Shown: in pieces, positions 59,085 to 64,000 of the stretch | How positions within the stretch are numbered: position 1 is the first letter of the stretch | Layout of the letters: every line of letters begins with the position of its first letter | Assembly (NCBI RefSeq): GCF_009914755.1 | Contig: NC_060926.1 | Length of the DNA: 64,000 nt | Strand: one strand, 5' to 3' | Source: the human T2T-CHM13v2.0 reference genome, Homo sapiens | Program-made: the position numbers and the translations under genes | The notes under the pieces: generated by a model | What the model saw: the letters and a program-made list of their open reading frames with translations, nothing else | Told to the model about the DNA's origin: nothing | Databases searched by the model: none

Positions 59085-59410
59085 ACCTCAGGTTCCTAAT
59101 CCAACCACTGTTCATTTCTTACTGGTATAGTTCAGCCAGCTCTGCTCCAGGGCACTCAGAGATTCAGGCTGTAACTTGTAAACAGTTCTGATTTGCAGCC
59201 TTCTACTGAATCCTCTGCATCTGACCAGGAAAAGAGAAAGATAAGAGAGCAAAGAATCTTGTGGCAGATTTTAGAGGCCAGGATCTATTTATCCTCATTG
59301 ACCAGAACCAGTCCCATGGCTCCCCTGTGGTTCGATGGGGCTAGGTGCCCAGGAAGAGGAGGGGAAGCCCAGAGATTGTTGAGCACCATAATGATTGGCC
59401 CTAGTCACTG
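59085..59410 (-). mobile_element. Old MaLR LTR fragment (MLT1J-O-like)
   Basis: 'cactcagagattcaggctg' and 'cattgaccagaaccagtcccatggctcc...gtgcccaggaagaggagg'. Confidence 0.5.
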
Positions 59411-59723
59411 TGAAGGCACTTCATCTGGCCTAGCCATTGCCCAGGGTTTGTGGAACTGGGCATGGAGGGTTTTGAATACGCAAAACCAGGATGTGAGCCA
59501 ATGGACCAAGGGCCATAGTGGAGTTTAGTAGGAAACTTCTTTGTAGATGGAGAGCCAACAAGAAATTAATAAAGCCATTTTAGTGGGCATGGTCACCACC
59601 ATCCTCTGCTTCTCTGGAAAACTTGAGTGCAGGAAACCCTCCTCAGTCCAATCCTAAGTAAAATGATGTGAAGCCTTGGATGTTTTTGTAAAGCCACTTT
59701 TTAAAAGGCTACAGAGATTACTA

Positions 59724-60009
<286 letters not shown>

Positions 60010-61104
60010 GTTAGGATAGTAAGGAGAGACTTCAAAGCAAGTAAAGACTTTGATCTAAATTTTCAAGTAGGCAAAGAACTAGACAATTGATACAGTTTAA
60101 GAAGTTCATATGCTGTTACCTACATTTGCCCCATAGTTACTGAGGAAGACAATAGAAATTAAAGAGGAAGTATCATTAAAATTTTTGGTCTAAGGATGAA
60201 GATAATATTGATGAAAACAGAAAATATTACCTTCTATGTAAAACAATTTAAATATTTGAGAGGCAAATTTTTTTTTCAAATGATAGCCCTTTCAGCTGTG
60301 GATTCTGAACTTTACTGTACAGATTTCATGTTTGCAGGTAAAGGAAGAGTTGGCATGTGGAAAATTGCCTAAGAGCATCCCTCATCTGCTTACAGAACTG
60401 TCTAAGGGTCTCATGATATAGGTGCCTTCTGTTTTAACTGAACAAAGAAAAGGGGAAGAAAGCAAATAGTGTGAGAAGGACTAAATCTAGGGGAAAATAA
60501 ATACTCAGAAAGTAGTCAGTAGTTTTTCTATAATTTCTTCTTGGGTACAAGAAAAAAGTCAAGGGCTTTACCACCAAGTTTAGACAAAATCTGGTAGCTT
60601 GAGAACTTTTGACACCAAAGCATCAGTATTCTGTTACCTAAGGATACTATCTGTATCTTATTAAAAGGAAATGGAATAGAATTAGTTTATGCACCTACGG
60701 ATCTTCATCATTCAAGTGACTCCTTCTCAATTATTGAAGGTTCTATAGATGAATGAAAATGTAATTCTCATAAGTAGCACCTGATAACAGGAGAAATATG
60801 GCAGGAGCTGATATGTACATGTTACCTACTTGTTATACTTATTATGTTTTACTTCAATTAACTTTCCTTTTATGTTAAAACATGATTATGTAATGGAATT
60901 TAATTAACTTTTATAGGTCTATTACAACAAATAATGTATCCTCTTTTTAATGCATTTCTGAGAGCAAAAGCATTTACCTTTCCTTGTGATATAAGTTAAC
61001 CAAAACAAAAACAACTTATATTCTCTAAAACCATTTCTACCTTCTGAAAATTCTAATTCTTGTAATGTTTCTTCCTATGCTGCTTATTTATCTTTTGTTT
61101 TTCA

Positions 61105-61560
61105 GCCCCACAGCCTGACCTTCTCTATTCTGCTCTTTATTGCTGGGGCTGGAAGCCTGCAGACTACATTCCCCAGGGCCCCTTGCCAGCTAGGTTCTTG
61201 TTACTTTCTACCAATTGGAGAAACTGTTTGAAGACTTTTGTTCCATTCTTTAATGGAACAAAAGACAGAAGCATTGTTTTGTTTTGTTTTCTTTGCTTCT
61301 GATTTCCACAGCACTGTGGTTGCTAAGAGTTTCTGGTGGCAGCAGGGGAGCTTCAGCCTCTAGAGTCCCAGAATGGGCAGGCTCTCATGCAGAGCTCTGG
61401 TTATAGCTGAGGCAGCACCTTGTTGGCAGTTTTAGCAGCAGCAGGTTTAGGCTCCTGGGCTCCAGTCCAAGGGCACCAGAAGCTTCCTTTTTTTCCCCAT
61501 TAATTCAAGTTCAAAACTTTGAGGTTATTTATCAGCGTTCTCCCTCTGTCACAGCTTGTC
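61105..61560. mobile_element. ERVL LTR33-like solo LTR
   Basis: 'ccttctctattctgctc...ggggctggaagcctgcagactacattccccagggccccttgccagctaggtt'. Confidence 0.65.
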
Positions 61561-61684
61561 AGTGATCTTTTTCTTCCTGTTATGTCTTATACACATATTT
61601 TCTTTCTTTTCCATCCTAAGTTACCCTGCCTTGGTCATTCTCCAATAGTTCATGGGCCCTTGTAATATTTTCCCAGACACTGAA

Positions 61685-62165
61685 ACTTGGGAGAGACCTG
61701 GGTTTAAATTTGAGTTCTTCCACTAACTTGCTGTGTGGCTCAAAGCAAGTTATTTAACTTCTTCAAGGCTCAGCATTTTTATCTACATTAATAGTAAAGA
61801 AAAAATGCTAACGGTTATTGAACATCTACAACATGCTTGGGGTTTTGCAAACACTCTACCTGCATTCTTTATTTTAATACTTACAACAGTCCTATGAAGT
61901 GTGTATTATTATTATTCTCATTTTTACGACTGAGAAAACTGAAGTTTAGAAGAGGTAAGTAAGTGGTTTACTTAAGGTCTCTCTGCCAGTAAATGAAGGA
62001 GATGAGAATTTAACTCAGGTTTCTCTGGCTTCAAATACCATTCTCTTAAGCTTATTTCAGTGAGGATCATAATATAGATAATGTAAGGTTATTGTGATGA
62101 TTAAATGAAATATATAAAGCATTTATCACAGGTTCAACACATAATAAGCATTAGTGAATGGTAGA
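61685..62165. mobile_element. Plus-strand MIR interrupted by a minus-strand MIR (~61800-62050)
   Basis: Plus 'gacctgggtttaaat...gcaagttatttaacttct'; minus 'ctcatttttacgactgagaaaactgaag'; plus resumes 'ggttattgtgatgattaaatga...ataataagcatt'. Confidence 0.7.
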
Positions 62166-63204
62166 TCTTATATCTGAAAAGTGCTATAATAGTCTTTATG
62201 TCTTATATAGTATTACATGTATGCATCAACGGCCCAACATATTCTCCTTTGGTCATGTTAACCCAAATAATTGGATGTTTTCCCCTACAGAAACATATAA
62301 GAGAGTTAATGGAAAAAAAGGATTTGTTTCATAGTCATTTTTGCTGGAACACATAGGTTCTGTAGACAAATTCACACTAGCATTAAATATACAGTTATAT
62401 TTCCTTACGTGGTTTTTTAATGCTTAAATATATCCTTTTTTTTCTTGGTGTAAGCACAGTCATAGTTGACACTTAACGAAACTTAGATTTGAATCTTTAA
62501 CGTGAGCATTTGACATTAATAGGGATAATCAAAACAAGTGGAAATGTCAGTGCCATGAAGCAGGTGAAGGTCCAGGGACAGCAGGGAGCAGCACAACTGA
62601 AGAGAAAAGGGGAACAATCTTAAAGACAGATTCCACCCAAGCTTAGGGACAGAACACCTATTCAGCTAATTCTGTGTTTCACAATAGAGTCAATATGTTT
62701 TTTCAGGTAGTTTATCTTTTTTCTTTGCTGGAATGCTGGATTCACTTGTTTTAATAAGAACATTTTATACCCAAAGGTCAATTAATAACTAGCAACCCAA
62801 ATAAAGCTTCTTGGTATCTTCTGTCATCAATTCTTAAAACTTCTGGACCATCACCTCTACTCAAAGGATTCTGTTCATTTTTAAAGCAACTTGCCTCCCA
62901 TTTCCTGTCATTGGTGGATAATTGGAATTAGCTCCTCAGGAGTCATCATGACGCAGTATAAAGAGGAGTGGAGACCAGGAGTCTGATGGTGACGCTGATG
63001 CTAAATACCTCTGGGAATTCTCCTGGCCTTTATCTCATTCATCCAGTGAGACCCACAGTTTCATCCTGTCCAGAAATTTTATGATTCTAATTAAGAATGA
63101 TTTCTTCATTCTGATTTATTGCAATGAATTAAAGCACACTCAAAGCCTAAATGTGGCTGCATTCCCAAATGCTGCCTCTGGAAACCCTAATCTTAAAAAT
63201 TTTG

Positions 63205-63670
63205 CAAAACATTTAGTTGACCAAATACTCTGAGCAACTACAATGCAGTGTGTCATTGCTTAACACTCTGGAGGATACAGAGTGCAGTACCAACCCTCAT
63301 GGATTTTTTAGTTTAGTTGATGAGGCAAGACACAGACACCAAAAGAATATGCAAATATAAGGCAGAATAAGATCTGAATCGATACCAAAAGTGCTAAGCA
63401 AATAATATGGTAGAGAACAATTCCTCACAAAGAAAAGAGCATGGAACCATTTGCAGGTGAGTTCAAATGCAAGTTTAAGCAAAGTAGAGAGTGTGATAGA
63501 AGGCCAAGCAGATGAGCCAGAAAGGGAGTTTGGCCAGATTGTGAAAACCCTTGAATGCCTGTATAAGGAAACTTGACTTCATTCACCGTGCAATGGGGAA
63601 CCACTGTTAAGTTTTGAATAAGGATCATTTCTAAAGTATCATAAAGGATTTCAAAGTTGTATTTGTCACA
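63205..63670 (-). mobile_element. L2 fragment
   Basis: 'ggatacagagtgcagtaccaaccctcatgg...tagtttagttg' and 'ggccagattgtgaaaacccttgaatgcc...gcaatggggaaccactgttaagttttgaa'. Confidence 0.7.
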
Positions 63671-64000
63671 ACAAAGATGTTTCATGCTTCTGAATGAACT
63701 GCTCAACTTTCAGAATTTGATTTTTATCTCATTTAAATTGAATGGATTGGACAGGTTCTCATAATCACCAAAAGCTTTATTTCAAATATACAAGTCATTC
63801 TTGCAGATATTCCTTTAAGTGACTTTTGCTTCAATTAAGACACTTTCAGCTTAATGTGACTACAGATCAAAATTAGTAGCTAGTGGCAAAGTAAAAGCAT
63901 TAAAGAATTCCAGTCTTTAGAGCTTAACCTTTCTTCTCATTTTTTTTAGCAGCTATCATTTAATAAGAAGCTACTGAGCCATCCCACACCTCTCTACATG

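Overview
Primate (very probably human) genomic DNA, AT-rich, with no CpG island. I can support no recognisable cellular protein-coding exon, RNA gene or CRISPR array; the window looks intergenic or deep-intronic, and roughly half is transposable-element relics. Main elements: (i) a full-length, inactivated L1PA6-like LINE-1 (18552-24680, +) with a 17-bp target-site duplication (TSD); (ii) an older L1PA15/16-like element (11171-15663, +) lacking its 3' end, poly(A) and TSD, which replaces part of an L2; (iii) a 5'-truncated L1PA8-like element (-) with an AluY in its tail; (iv) eight Alus; (v) MaLR/ERVL/ERV1 solo LTRs; (vi) DNA-transposon relics (MADE2, Tigger4a, MER5); (vii) many L2/MIR/L1M/L3 fragments. 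Most long ORFs in the track are L1/Alu-derived or antisense artefacts. Subfamily names come from my recall of consensus sequences, not from a search. I found no clearly new biological system. The best leads are the non-classical L1 insertion, a possible minus-strand spliced non-coding transcript (L1 antisense promoter or LTR plus candidate exons), and a possible ancient hAT-like element.
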